In this document: piece by piece, positions 9,574 to 18,827 of the stretch | Layout of the letters: each line of letters opens with the position of its first letter | How positions within the stretch are numbered: position 1 is the stretch's first letter | Assembly: GCA_031459875.1 (NCBI GenBank) | Contig: JAVKHQ010000003.1 | Span: 64,001-128,000, forward strand | Reading direction: 5' to 3' | DNA: 64,000 nucleotides | Source: Candidatus Fervidifonticultor sextus | GTDB lineage: Bacteria; Sysuimicrobiota; Sysuimicrobiia; Sysuimicrobiales; Humicultoraceae | Notes under the pieces: generated by a model | What the model was told of the DNA's origin: nothing | Seen by the model: the letters and a program-made list of their open reading frames with translations, nothing else | Databases searched by the model: none | Made by a program: the position numbers and the translations under genes

Positions 9574-10465
9574 GATGCGGCGGCCGGAGTGGATCAAGGT
9601 CCGCCTCCCCGGCGGCCCCAACTACGCCGACCTCAAGGGCATCATGCGCACCCAGCAGATGCACACCGTCTGCGAGGAGGCGCGCTGCCCGAACATCGGT
9701 GAGTGCTGGGAGCGCCGGACCGCCACGTTCCTGATCCTGGGCAACGTGTGCACCCGGCACTGCCGGTACTGCGCCATCGCCCACGGCCTGCCCACGGAGG
9801 TGGATCTGGCCGAGCCCGCCCGCCTGGCGGACGCGGTGGTGGCCATGGGGCTGCGCCACGCGGTCATCACGTCGGTCAACCGCGACGACCTGGCCGACGG
9901 CGGGGCTGGCATCTACGCCGAGACGATCCGCCAGATCCACCGCCGACTGCCCTCGTGCACCGTGGAGGTGCTGATCCCCGACTTCAAGGGCGACCCTGAC
10001 GCGCTGCGCACCGTCCTGGAGGCCAACCCCGAGATCCTGGCCCACAACATCGAGGCGCCGCGGCGGATCTTCAGGGTCGTGCGCCACGGCGGACACTACG
10101 ACCGGTCCATCGAGGTGCTCCGCCGCGCCAAGGAGTGGGGGTACACCTCGTTCACCAAGAGCGGGGTCATCGTGGGGATGGGGGAGACCACCGACGAACT
10201 GCTGGAGACGATGGACGACCTGCGGGCCGCAGACGTGGACGTCCTGACCCTGGGGCAGTACCTGCGCCCGGGCCCCGACTACCACCCGATCGCGCGGTAC
10301 TACACCCCCGACGAGTTCGCCTGGCTGCGCCAGGAGGGCCTGCGCCGCGGCTTCAAGTACGTCGAGGCCGGCCCGCTGGTGCGCTCGTCGTACCGGGCCG
10401 ACGTCCAGGCGCAGGCGGTGCGGGCCCACCGCGCGCGGTTCGGACGGACGGCCGCGCCGGCCTAG
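9563..10465 (+). CDS. lipA: Lipoyl synthase
   Basis: CEEARCPNIGEC plus radical-SAM CTRHCRYC, VRSSY. Confidence 0.96.
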   Translation: MAIEMRRPEWIKVRLPGGPNYADLKGIMRTQQMHTVCEEARCPNIGECWERRTATFLILGNVCTRHCRYCAIAHGLPTEVDLAEPARLADAVVAMGLRHAVITSVNRDDLADGGAGIYAETIRQIHRRLPSCTVEVLIPDFKGDPDALRTVLEANPEILAHNIEAPRRIFRVVRHGGHYDRSIEVLRRAKEWGYTSFTKSGVIVGMGETTDELLETMDDLRAADVDVLTLGQYLRPGPDYHPIARYYTPDEFAWLRQEGLRRGFKYVEAGPLVRSSYRADVQAQAVRAHRARFGRTAAPA

Positions 10466-11487
10466 GTCGGCCGGGGGACGGCCGCGCGCCCTTCCCTGCC
10501 CTTCTTTTCCATGATGGTCGAGGAGTGGCCCGGGAAGAGTGAGGCGTCGGGGCGGATGTACCTGGCCGCGTTGTTGACCGCGGTGGCGGCCTCGCCGAAC
10601 CCGGTGGCGATGAGCTTGAGCTTGCCGGGATAGGTGACCACATCGCCAGCCGCATAGACGCCCGGGAGGTTCGTGGCCATGGTCGTGTCGACGACAATGG
10701 CGTCCTCGTGGAGGACCAGGCCCCACTGGGCGATGGCGCCCAGGTGGCTGACCAGCCCCAGGAAGGCCAGGACCGCGTCCACCGCCACCACCTCTTCCTC
10801 GCGCGTCCGGGTGTTGACGATCACCGCCTCGCTGACGGCGGGCTCGCCCCGGAGGCTCTTGAGTTCGCAGAAGAGTTTCACGGTGACGGGGGAGGCCAGC
10901 AGTTTCTTCACGCTGTCCTCGTGCGCCCGGAACCCGTCCCGCCGGTGGACGAGGGTGATGTGGCGGGCGATCGGCGCCAGGTTGAGGGCCCAGTCCACCG
11001 CGGAATCCCCGCCGCCGACCACCAGCAGCGTCTTGTCCCGGAAGTCCTCCCTGCGCGAGACCGCATAGAACAACCCCCGGCCCTCGTAGCGGTCGATCTC
11101 GGGCCGCTGGTAGGTCTTGGGGGTGAAGGCGCCGATCCCGGCCGTGATCAGCACGGCCCGGGTGTGGTGTTCGCCGCTGGTGCCCACCAGCCTGATGGTG
11201 CGGTCGGCCAGGTGCTCGAACGAACGGATCTCCTCGCTGAGCACGACGGCGGGCTCGTACTGCATCGCCTGCTCCACCAGGTTGGCCACCAGGTCCTTGC
11301 CCAGGATCCTGGGGAATCCGGCCACATCGTAGATGTACTTGTCGGGGTACAGGGCCGTGATCTGGCCCCCCAGGTCGGGCTGGCTGTCCACGATCTTGAC
11401 CGACAGGCCCCGGAAGCCCGCGTAGTACGCGGCAAACAGTCCCGTCGGACCGCCACCGATGATGGTCACGTCGTAGGTGTGCTGCAC
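10462..11487 (-). CDS. Ferredoxin-NADP+ reductase (TrxB-like, YumC type)
   Basis: GGGPTG, GGQ..ALYPDKYIYDVAGFP, GGGDSAVDWA, PGHSS; no CxxC; GGAGAGG upstream of GTG 11487. Confidence 0.88.
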   Translation of the reverse strand: MQHTYDVTIIGGGPTGLFAAYYAGFRGLSVKIVDSQPDLGGQITALYPDKYIYDVAGFPRILGKDLVANLVEQAMQYEPAVVLSEEIRSFEHLADRTIRLVGTSGEHHTRAVLITAGIGAFTPKTYQRPEIDRYEGRGLFYAVSRREDFRDKTLLVVGGGDSAVDWALNLAPIARHITLVHRRDGFRAHEDSVKKLLASPVTVKLFCELKSLRGEPAVSEAVIVNTRTREEEVVAVDAVLAFLGLVSHLGAIAQWGLVLHEDAIVVDTTMATNLPGVYAAGDVVTYPGKLKLIATGFGEAATAVNNAARYIRPDASLFPGHSSTIMEKKGREGRAAVPRPT

Positions 11488-11564
11488 TCGACCTCTCCAG
11501 TCCGTAAAGTCACCTCGGGCGCCAGCGCATACCATCCACTAGCATACCGTACTCCCTCTGTTTA

Positions 11565-11593
11565 TTGACACGGCTGGCACCCCGTGGCATTGT
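11565..11593 (+). promoter_or_regulatory. Putative sigma70 promoter for the moeZ operon
   Basis: Perfect TTGACA (11565-70), 17 bp, then CATTGT preceded by TG; lies in an A/T-richer divergent intergenic region. Confidence 0.5.
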
Positions 11594-11635
11594 GGAATAC
11601 GGTCGCCGCACGCGGCCTCTTGTCCTCACAGGGGG

Positions 11636-12823
11636 ATGTTCATGGCGGTTGGGACACGGCGCGCCATCGCGCCGTTGCTGTCGAAAGAGCAACTTGCACG
11701 CTACTCCCGGCAGGTCATCCTGGAAGACGTCGGCGTCGCCGGCCAGCGTCGGCTGCTGGAGAGCAAGGTGCTGGTGGTCGGGGCCGGCGGACTGGGCTCA
11801 CCGTCCTCCCTCTACCTGGCGGCGGCCGGAGTCGGCACCCTGGGCATCGTGGACGGTGATCGGGTGGACCTCTCCAACCTGCACCGCCAGATCATCCACT
11901 TCACCCACGACATCGGCCGGCCCAAGACGCAGTCGGCACAGCGCACGCTGCAGGACATCAATCCCGACGTCACGGTGGTGCCCTACCAGACCACCCTGAC
12001 CTCCGAGAACGCGCTGGAGATCATCGGGCCGTACGACGTCGTGGTCAACGGGTCCGACAACTTCCCCACCCGCTACCTCGTCAATGACGCCTGCGTGCTG
12101 CTGCAAAAGCCGCTGGTGGACGCCAGCATCCTCAAGTGGGAAGGGCAGGCCACCGTGTTCCTGCCCGGCCGCGGTTGCTACCGGTGCCTGTTCCCCACCC
12201 CGCCGCCGCCCGGTACCGTCCCCTCGTGCGCGGAAGGGGGCATCATCGGCGCGGTGGCCGGCTACATGGGGTCGCTCCAGGCCATCGAGACGGTGAAGAT
12301 CCTGCTCGGCGTCGGGGAGACGCTGGCGAACCGGCTGTTGCTCTACGATGCGGCCTCCGGCGAGGTCCGCACGCTGCGGTGGCAGCGGAACCCCGACTGC
12401 CCGGCCTGCGGCGACCATCCGACGATCACCGCCCTGGTTGACTACGAGGCCTTCTGCGGTCTGCCCGGCCGCACCCATGCGCCGGCGCCTGAGGAGGGCG
12501 CGATCCCTGAGGTGGATGCCGAAGAGGCCCGGCAGATGGTCGAAGCCGGGGCCCAGCTCATTGACGTGCGCGAGCCCTGGGAGTGGGCGCTCGCGCACAT
12601 TCCCGGCGCGACCCTGATCCCCATGGGCGAGGTGACGGCGCGGCTCTCGGAGATCGACCCGAACCGGCCCGCGGTCGTGCACTGCGCCGTGGGCGCCCGC
12701 AGCGCCAAAGTGGTGGAAGCCCTCCGCCAGGCCGGGTACACCAAGGCCGTCAACCTGGCCGGCGGCATCGTGGAGTGGACGAACCGCCAGTTCCCCACGG
12801 AGAGTGGCGACGGTCGAGGGTAG
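11636..12823 (+). CDS. moeB: MoeB/ThiF adenylyltransferase fused to rhodanese (MoeZ/MoeBR type)
   Basis: RYSRQ, GAGGLG, SNLHRQ, CYRC...CPAC Zn site, rhodanese HCAVGARS. Confidence 0.92.
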   Translation: MFMAVGTRRAIAPLLSKEQLARYSRQVILEDVGVAGQRRLLESKVLVVGAGGLGSPSSLYLAAAGVGTLGIVDGDRVDLSNLHRQIIHFTHDIGRPKTQSAQRTLQDINPDVTVVPYQTTLTSENALEIIGPYDVVVNGSDNFPTRYLVNDACVLLQKPLVDASILKWEGQATVFLPGRGCYRCLFPTPPPPGTVPSCAEGGIIGAVAGYMGSLQAIETVKILLGVGETLANRLLLYDAASGEVRTLRWQRNPDCPACGDHPTITALVDYEAFCGLPGRTHAPAPEEGAIPEVDAEEARQMVEAGAQLIDVREPWEWALAHIPGATLIPMGEVTARLSEIDPNRPAVVHCAVGARSAKVVEALRQAGYTKAVNLAGGIVEWTNRQFPTESGDGRG

Positions 12824-12845
12824 GACGACGGTAGCCACCGGCGTC

Positions 12846-13880
12846 ATGCGGCAGGCCGTGCTGCGCGGGCCGCGGGCGCTGGAGCTCGTGGAGACACCGA
12901 TCCCGCAGCCGCGGCCGGGGGAGGTGGTGGTCCGCATCCGCGCCGCCCTCACCTGCGGTACGGACCTGAAGACCTACCGGCGCGGCCATCCCCGGATTGC
13001 CTTCGGTCCGTTCGGCCACGAGGCGTCGGGGGACGTCGCCAGCCTCGGCGACGGCGTGGACGGTCTGTCGGTGGGTCAGCCGGTGGCGTTCGTCCCCACG
13101 GCCGGCTGCGGTCAGTGCGGGGACTGCCGGCGCGGCCGCAGCAACCTCTGTCAGAGCCTCTTCGACGACATCGCCCTGGGAGCCTACGGCGACTTCCTCC
13201 GCCTGCCGTCCCGCGTCGTCCGCCAGCACCTCTTCCCCAAGCCGGCGCACCTCTCGTACCTGGAAGCCGCATTCCTGGAGCCGCTGGCCTGTGTCGTCCA
13301 CGGCTGGTCCAGGCTCGGGCCCATGGAGCGGGGCCTGGTGGCGGTGGTGGGGCTGGGCCCGATTGGCCTGCTGCACGTCTACGAGGCCCGGCGCCGCGGC
13401 CTGCAGGTCATCGCGGTCGGGCGTCGCCCCGGCGGCCTGGCCCTGGCGCGACGGGCAGGTGCCCACCAGGTGGTCGACGCCACCGAGGGCGACATGGCGC
13501 GGATGCTCCATGCGCTCGGCGGCCAGGAGCCGGACGTGGTGATCGAGTGCACCGGGACCGCAGACGTCTGGCGGTCGGCCCCCCACTGGGTGGCGCCCGG
13601 CGGCCGCGTCCTCCTGTTCGGCGGTCTGGCCGCGGGCACCGAACCGGCCTTCGACGCGACGCGCTTGCACTACAGCGAAGTGGACCTGATCAGCGCCTTC
13701 CACTACCGGACGCCCGATGTGCACGAAGCGCTCCACCTGCTGGACAGCGGTGCGATCAGGCCCGCCGACCTCATCACCGGGCTGCGGTCGCTGGACGGTA
13801 TCCGCGAGGTCTTCAGCGACCTCGACCGGGGAACCGGCCTGAAGTACGCGGTCCTGCCGGACGGCGAGGCATGGCGGTAG
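12846..13880 (+). CDS. Zn-dependent medium-chain dehydrogenase 1
   Basis: CGTD, GHE, CxxCxxC-x7-C, GLGPIG; start could be 12804. Confidence 0.88.
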   Translation: MRQAVLRGPRALELVETPIPQPRPGEVVVRIRAALTCGTDLKTYRRGHPRIAFGPFGHEASGDVASLGDGVDGLSVGQPVAFVPTAGCGQCGDCRRGRSNLCQSLFDDIALGAYGDFLRLPSRVVRQHLFPKPAHLSYLEAAFLEPLACVVHGWSRLGPMERGLVAVVGLGPIGLLHVYEARRRGLQVIAVGRRPGGLALARRAGAHQVVDATEGDMARMLHALGGQEPDVVIECTGTADVWRSAPHWVAPGGRVLLFGGLAAGTEPAFDATRLHYSEVDLISAFHYRTPDVHEALHLLDSGAIRPADLITGLRSLDGIREVFSDLDRGTGLKYAVLPDGEAWR

Positions 13881-14908
13881 TCCGGCCGGCGGTCGCCCGC
13901 ACCGTCGTCCTTCACGCACCCGGGGACCTGCGGCTGGAAGAGGTGCCGCTGCCCTCGCCGGGGCCCGGCGAGGTGTTGCTGCGGATCGCCGCGTGCGGGC
14001 TCTGCCCGGGCGAGGTCATGGACTGGTACATGGCCCGCAAGGCGCCGGTGCCGCTGGGCCACGAGGCCGTCGGCCGGGTCGTCGAGGCCGGGGAAGGCGC
14101 GGAGTACCATCCGGGCGAACGCATCTTCGTCCACCACCACGCACCCTGTCTGGTGTGTCGGACGTGCCGCCGAGGCCATCACGTCCACTGCCGCACGTGG
14201 CGGGCGCGGAGGCTGCTGCCCGGAGGCCTGGCGACCTTTGCGGTGGCGCAGGCGCCTGCGGTCGCGGCGGACACGCTGCGGCTGCCCGACGGGCTCTCCG
14301 ATGAGGCGGCCACGTTCATCGAGCCGCTGGCGTGCGTGGTGAAGTCCCTCCGCCGCGCACGCCTTCGCCCGGGCGACCGCGTCCTGGTGGTGGGGGCCGG
14401 CGTCATGGGCCTGCTGCACCTGATGGCCCTGCGCCGGGTCGCCCGTCCCGCGGTGGTGATTGCCGCCGACCGCATTCCTGCGCGCCTTGAGGTGGCCGCG
14501 CGGCACGCTGACCTCGTGGTGGACACGGGGCGGCGGCCGCTGGCAGACGCCGTGCGTGAGGCGACCGATGGCGACGGGGCGGATGTGGCCATCGTGGGTC
14601 CGGGCACGTTCGAGGCGCTGGAGGCCGCGTTTGGCGCCCTGGCGCCAGGAGGCACGCTGGTGGTCTTCACACCCACGCCCCCGGAGAGGCCCTGGCCGTT
14701 GCCGGTCCACGACCTGTTCTTCAGGGAAGTGAGCATCGTCCCCAGCTATTCATCAGGCCCCCCACAGACGCGCGAGGCCCTCGGCCTGCTGGCCGATGGG
14801 CTCCCGGTGGAGGGGTTGATCACCCACCGCCTCCCTCTCGCGGAGACGTCCGTGGGGTACGAACTCATCCGCGCCGGGTCCGCGCTGAAGGTGGTGGTCG
14901 TGCCGTGA
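13871..14908 (+). CDS. Zn-dependent medium-chain dehydrogenase 2
   Basis: GLCPGE, GHE, CLVCRTC-x7-C, GAGVMG; ATG 13871 overlaps the previous gene. Confidence 0.87.
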   Translation: MAVVRPAVARTVVLHAPGDLRLEEVPLPSPGPGEVLLRIAACGLCPGEVMDWYMARKAPVPLGHEAVGRVVEAGEGAEYHPGERIFVHHHAPCLVCRTCRRGHHVHCRTWRARRLLPGGLATFAVAQAPAVAADTLRLPDGLSDEAATFIEPLACVVKSLRRARLRPGDRVLVVGAGVMGLLHLMALRRVARPAVVIAADRIPARLEVAARHADLVVDTGRRPLADAVREATDGDGADVAIVGPGTFEALEAAFGALAPGGTLVVFTPTPPERPWPLPVHDLFFREVSIVPSYSSGPPQTREALGLLADGLPVEGLITHRLPLAETSVGYELIRAGSALKVVVVP

Positions 14909-15402
14909 CGGCGCAGCGCGGGCCGACGGTCGTCCGGTTCGACCCCGAACACTTCCGGTGGGCCGGCATCCCCCCGAAGCCCTACCGGTCACATCCCGAC
15001 GGCGGGCTTGCCTGGAAGGGCGTGGAACGGTTCGTGCTGGTCGGCGCCGCCGGCGAGCCGACGGCATTCCACCTTCGCTACTTCGAGATCGCCCCCGGCG
15101 GATACTCGTCGTGGGAGCGGCACCGGCACGCCCACGCCGTCCTGGTGGTCCGGGGCCGCGGTCGGGTGCGGCTCGGGAAGGCGGTCTTCCGCGTGCGCCC
15201 CATGGACTTCATCTACATCCCCGCCGAGGTCCCCCATCAGTTCATCGCGGGCCGCCAGCCGTTCGGCTTCCTCTGCCCCGTGGACGCGGTGCGCGATCGG
15301 CCCCGGCCGGCTTCCCGCCCGGTCGCAAGGCCCCACAGCCGGCGGAGCCCCGGGCGCCGCACCGCCAGGCAGCCGGCAGCGCTTGCGCCCGCGGGGGCCT
15401 GA
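14905..15402 (+). CDS. Cupin-domain protein
   Basis: LRYFEIAPGGYSSWERHRHAH...PHQF cupin His motifs. Confidence 0.85.
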   Translation: MTAQRGPTVVRFDPEHFRWAGIPPKPYRSHPDGGLAWKGVERFVLVGAAGEPTAFHLRYFEIAPGGYSSWERHRHAHAVLVVRGRGRVRLGKAVFRVRPMDFIYIPAEVPHQFIAGRQPFGFLCPVDAVRDRPRPASRPVARPHSRRSPGRRTARQPAALAPAGA

Positions 15403-15411
15403 GGCTACAAT
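15383..15411 (+). promoter_or_regulatory. Putative sigma70 promoter for iscA-nifU
   Basis: TTGCGC-17 bp-TACAAT upstream of ATG 15449. Confidence 0.55.
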
Positions 15412-15448
15412 TTGAGAAGGACGTTACTCAAGAATCCCGGAGACGCGC

Positions 15449-15820
15449 ATGATTACCATCACCCCGCAGGCCGCGGCCAAACTCTCGGAGATCCTCAAGC
15501 AGCAGGACGATCCTGCGGCCCGGCTCCGGCTGTTCATCGCCAAGGGCGGCTGCCACGGGTACACCTACGGGATGGCGTTTGATGCCGAACGGCGTGAAGG
15601 GGACCAGGTGCTCGCCCAGCACGGGGTGGAACTGGTCGTCGACCCGGTGAGCCTGCGGCTGCTGGCCGGTGCGCAGATCGACTACGTGACGTCGGTGACG
15701 GGCGAAGGGTTTGCGGTCCGCAACCCCAACGCCGTGGAGACCTGCGGGTGCGGGCACTCGTTCCAGACCGCCGAGGGCGACGGCGAGCCCGATCCGTGCG
15801 AGGACGCTACGTCGAAGTGA
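15449..15820 (+). CDS. A-type Fe-S carrier (IscA/SufA/ErpA, HesB family)
   Basis: GGCHG.Y...NPNA..TCGCG.SF. Confidence 0.93.
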   Translation: MITITPQAAAKLSEILKQQDDPAARLRLFIAKGGCHGYTYGMAFDAERREGDQVLAQHGVELVVDPVSLRLLAGAQIDYVTSVTGEGFAVRNPNAVETCGCGHSFQTAEGDGEPDPCEDATSK

Positions 15821-15831
15821 AGGAGGCGGCG

Positions 15832-16095
15832 ATGACGGACCAGGTGCAGGTCCAGGATCCCGACGCCGGCCTGCGCGAGCGGGTCGAGAAGGTGCTGGAT
15901 ACGATCCGTCCCTACGTGCAGGGCGACGGGGGCGACATCGAACTGCTCGACGTGACCGACGGCATCGTGCAGCTCCGCCTGGCCGGTGCCTGCGTGGGGT
16001 GCATGCACTCCATGATGACGCTGCAGGCGGGGATCGAGCGGATGTTGAAACAGGAAATTCCGGAGATCCGCGTAGTGGAGGCGGTCCCCTTCTAG
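15832..16095 (+). CDS. NifU C-terminal (Nfu) domain Fe-S protein
   Basis: IRPYVQGDGGDIEL...GACVGC; AGGAGG RBS. Confidence 0.92.
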   Translation: MTDQVQVQDPDAGLRERVEKVLDTIRPYVQGDGGDIELLDVTDGIVQLRLAGACVGCMHSMMTLQAGIERMLKQEIPEIRVVEAVPF

Positions 16096-16118
16096 CGCGT
16101 TGCGGAGGTCAACGCCGG

Positions 16119-16150
16119 GGCCCCCGTGCCACGCACGCGGGGCCTTTCTT
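16119..16150 (+). terminator. Probable intrinsic terminator
   Basis: GC hairpin ggcccccgtgc-cac-gcacgcggggcc (one bulge) followed by tttctt. Confidence 0.55.
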
Positions 16151-16176
16151 GTGGGACGCACGGGGTTGACGGTGCC

Positions 16177-17643
16177 ATGGCCACCCAGATGCAGTGGACC
16201 CGAATCCTCAGGAAGATCGACGACTACCGGTGGGAGGTCCCGGCCTCCTACAAGCCCGGCATGCGCGTGCCGGGCCTGATCTTCGCCGACGAGCGCATGC
16301 TGCGCACGATGGGCGAGGAGCAGGCGTTCGAGCAGGTGGCGAATGTGGCGACGTTGCCGGGCATCGTGGGCCGCTCCCTGGCCATGCCCGACATCCACTG
16401 GGGGTATGGGTTTCCGGTGGGCGGGGTGGCCGCGTTCGACGTGGAGGAGGGGATCATCTCGCCGGGCGGTGTGGGCTACGACATCAACTGCGGCGTCCGC
16501 CTGATCCGCACCGACCTGACCGAGGCTGACGTCCGCCCGAAACTGGAAGAACTGGTCAACGTCCTCTTCCGCACCGTGCCCTCAGGCGTGGGGATGGGCG
16601 GGCAGGTCAAGGTCAGCATGCAGGAGATCGACGAGGTCCTCCGCAGCGGCGCGCGGTGGGCGGTGGGCAGGGGCTACGGCCACCCCGACGACCTGGAGGT
16701 CATCGAAGCCGGGGGGGCGCTGCCCGGCGCCGACCCCGAGGCCGTCAGCCAGAACGCCAAGCAGCGCGGCCGCGGGCAGATCGGCACGCTGGGGTCGGGC
16801 AACCACTTCCTGGAGGTCCAGATCGTCGACCAGATCTTCGACGAAGGGACCGCTCGGGCGCTCGGCGTCTGGGGTCCGGGACAGGTCGTCGTCTTCATCC
16901 ACACCGGCTCGCGCGGGCTCGGCCATCAGGTGTGCACCGACTACCTGCGCACCAGTGAGCGCGTCGCCCGCCAGCACGGCATCCACCTGGTGGATCGGCA
17001 GCTGGCCTGCATGCCGTTCTCCTCGCCGGAGGGGCAGCGCTACTTCGGCGCCATGTGCGCGGCGGCGAACTTCGCCTTCGCCAACCGGCAGCTCATCACC
17101 CACTGGGTGCGGGAGAGTTTCGAGCGGGTGTTCGGGAAGTCGTGGGAACAGTTGGGCATCCGGCTGGTCTACGACGTCGCACACAACATCGGGAAGGTCG
17201 AGGAGTACGAGGTGGACGGGCAGCGGCGCCGGCTGTGCGTGCACCGCAAGGGCGCCACGCGTGCCTTCCCGCCCGGGCACCCGGAGGTGCCGACCCGCTA
17301 CCGCCGGGTCGGCCAGCCGGTCCTGATCCCCGGCGACATGGGCCGGTACTCGTTCCTCCTGGTGGGCGCCGACGGCGCGATGCGCGAGGCGTTCGGCTCG
17401 ACCTGCCACGGAGCCGGCCGCGTGCTCGGGCGCAAGGCGGCGGTGCGGCAACTGGCCGGCCGCGACATCGCCGAAGAACTGCGGGCGGCCGGGATCATCG
17501 TGCGGGCGCAGGATCGGGGCCTGCTCGCCGAAGAGGCATCCGCCGCCTACAAGGACGTGGCCGACGTGGTGGCCATCTGCCACGCGGCGGGGCTGTCCCG
17601 GCGCGTGGCCCGCATGCGCCCCATCGGCGTCGTCAAGGGATAG
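16177..17643 (+). CDS. rtcB: RtcB-family RNA 3'-phosphate/5'-OH ligase
   Basis: MPDIHWGYGFPVGG, DINCG, GSGNHFLE, HTGSRG, HRKGAT, HGAGR, YK. Confidence 0.95.
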   Translation: MATQMQWTRILRKIDDYRWEVPASYKPGMRVPGLIFADERMLRTMGEEQAFEQVANVATLPGIVGRSLAMPDIHWGYGFPVGGVAAFDVEEGIISPGGVGYDINCGVRLIRTDLTEADVRPKLEELVNVLFRTVPSGVGMGGQVKVSMQEIDEVLRSGARWAVGRGYGHPDDLEVIEAGGALPGADPEAVSQNAKQRGRGQIGTLGSGNHFLEVQIVDQIFDEGTARALGVWGPGQVVVFIHTGSRGLGHQVCTDYLRTSERVARQHGIHLVDRQLACMPFSSPEGQRYFGAMCAAANFAFANRQLITHWVRESFERVFGKSWEQLGIRLVYDVAHNIGKVEEYEVDGQRRRLCVHRKGATRAFPPGHPEVPTRYRRVGQPVLIPGDMGRYSFLLVGADGAMREAFGSTCHGAGRVLGRKAAVRQLAGRDIAEELRAAGIIVRAQDRGLLAEEASAAYKDVADVVAICHAAGLSRRVARMRPIGVVKG

Positions 17644-17669
17644 CATGTCGGGAGAGACGAGGAGCTGCG

Positions 17670-18827
17670 GTGCAGGTTCTGTCCGTCGAGGAACAGCGGT
17701 TGATCCACCGGACCATCCGGGAGTTCGCCCGCGAGACGTTGCGGTCCCAGGCGGCCGCCTGGGACCGCGAGAACCGGTTCCCCACCGAACTGATTCCGCG
17801 CCTGGCCGACCTGGGATTGTTCGGCATGACCATCCCCGCAGACTACGGCGGCTCGGGCCTGCCGGCCACCGCAGTGGCCACGGCCATCGAGGCGCTGGCC
17901 TGGGGCGACGGCGGGATCGCGCTGTCGGTGGCCGCGCACAACTCCCTGTGCGCCGGGCACCTCGTGGCCTTCGCGAACGAGACGCAGCGCCGGCGGTTCC
18001 TGCCCCGCCTGGCCACCGGCGAAGCGCTGGGGTCGTGGTGTCTGACCGAGCCCGGCGCGGGCAGCGACGCGGCGGGGATCCAGACCCGCGCCGAGCGCCG
18101 CGGCGACCAGTGGGTGCTGAACGGGACCAAGGTGTTCGTGACCAACGGTAGCCTGGCCGGGATCTACGTGGTCATGGCCGTCACGACGCCGGGGGCCGGC
18201 CGCAGCGGAATCACCGCCTTCGTGGTCGAGCGGGGCACGCCCGGACTGGAGATCGGCAAGAAAGAAGACAAACTCGGCGTGCGCAGCAGCGACACGGCCG
18301 AGGTGCGGTTCGCCGACTGCGCCGTCCCCGACGAGTGCCGGATCGGCGAGGTCGGCAGCGGCTACCAGCAGGCCATGCGCGTGTTGGAGCGCGGCCGCAT
18401 CGGGATCGCCGCCATGGCCGTCGGCATCGGCCGCGCGGCGCTGGATGCGAGCCTGGAGTACGCGCAGCAGCGGCAGGCCTACGGCCGACCCATCGCGGAC
18501 CTGCAGGCCATTCAGTTCATGCTGGCCGACATGGCCACCGAACTGGACGCCGCCTGGCTGCTGACCGAGCACGCCGCGGCCCTGGCCGACCGGGGCGAGC
18601 CCTTCCGGCGCGAATCCTCCATGGCCAAACTCTACGCCGCCGAGGCCGCGGCCCGGGCGGCGGCCCGGGCGGTCCAGATCCACGGCGGGTACGGATTCAT
18701 CAAGGACTACCCCGTGGAGCGGTACTACCGCGACATCAAGCTCTGCGAGATCGGCGAGGGGACCAGCGAGGTGCAGCGGGCGATCATCTCGCGGGCGGTC
18801 CTGGAGAGCCTGGGAGGAGCGCGCTAG
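17670..18827 (+). CDS. Acyl-CoA dehydrogenase
   Basis: LTEPGAGSDA, LNGTKVFVTN, HGGYG, IGEGTSEVQR; GAGGAG RBS. Confidence 0.93.
   Translation: MQVLSVEEQRLIHRTIREFARETLRSQAAAWDRENRFPTELIPRLADLGLFGMTIPADYGGSGLPATAVATAIEALAWGDGGIALSVAAHNSLCAGHLVAFANETQRRRFLPRLATGEALGSWCLTEPGAGSDAAGIQTRAERRGDQWVLNGTKVFVTNGSLAGIYVVMAVTTPGAGRSGITAFVVERGTPGLEIGKKEDKLGVRSSDTAEVRFADCAVPDECRIGEVGSGYQQAMRVLERGRIGIAAMAVGIGRAALDASLEYAQQRQAYGRPIADLQAIQFMLADMATELDAAWLLTEHAAALADRGEPFRRESSMAKLYAAEAAARAAARAVQIHGGYGFIKDYPVERYYRDIKLCEIGEGTSEVQRAIISRAVLESLGGAR

Noticed and set aside
4826..9621. Long antisense and alternate-frame ORFs (e.g. 4826-7114, 7272-8399, 8293-9621; similar ones throughout the window)
   Set aside because: Shadow ORFs caused by high GC, overlapping well-supported genes and lacking family motifs
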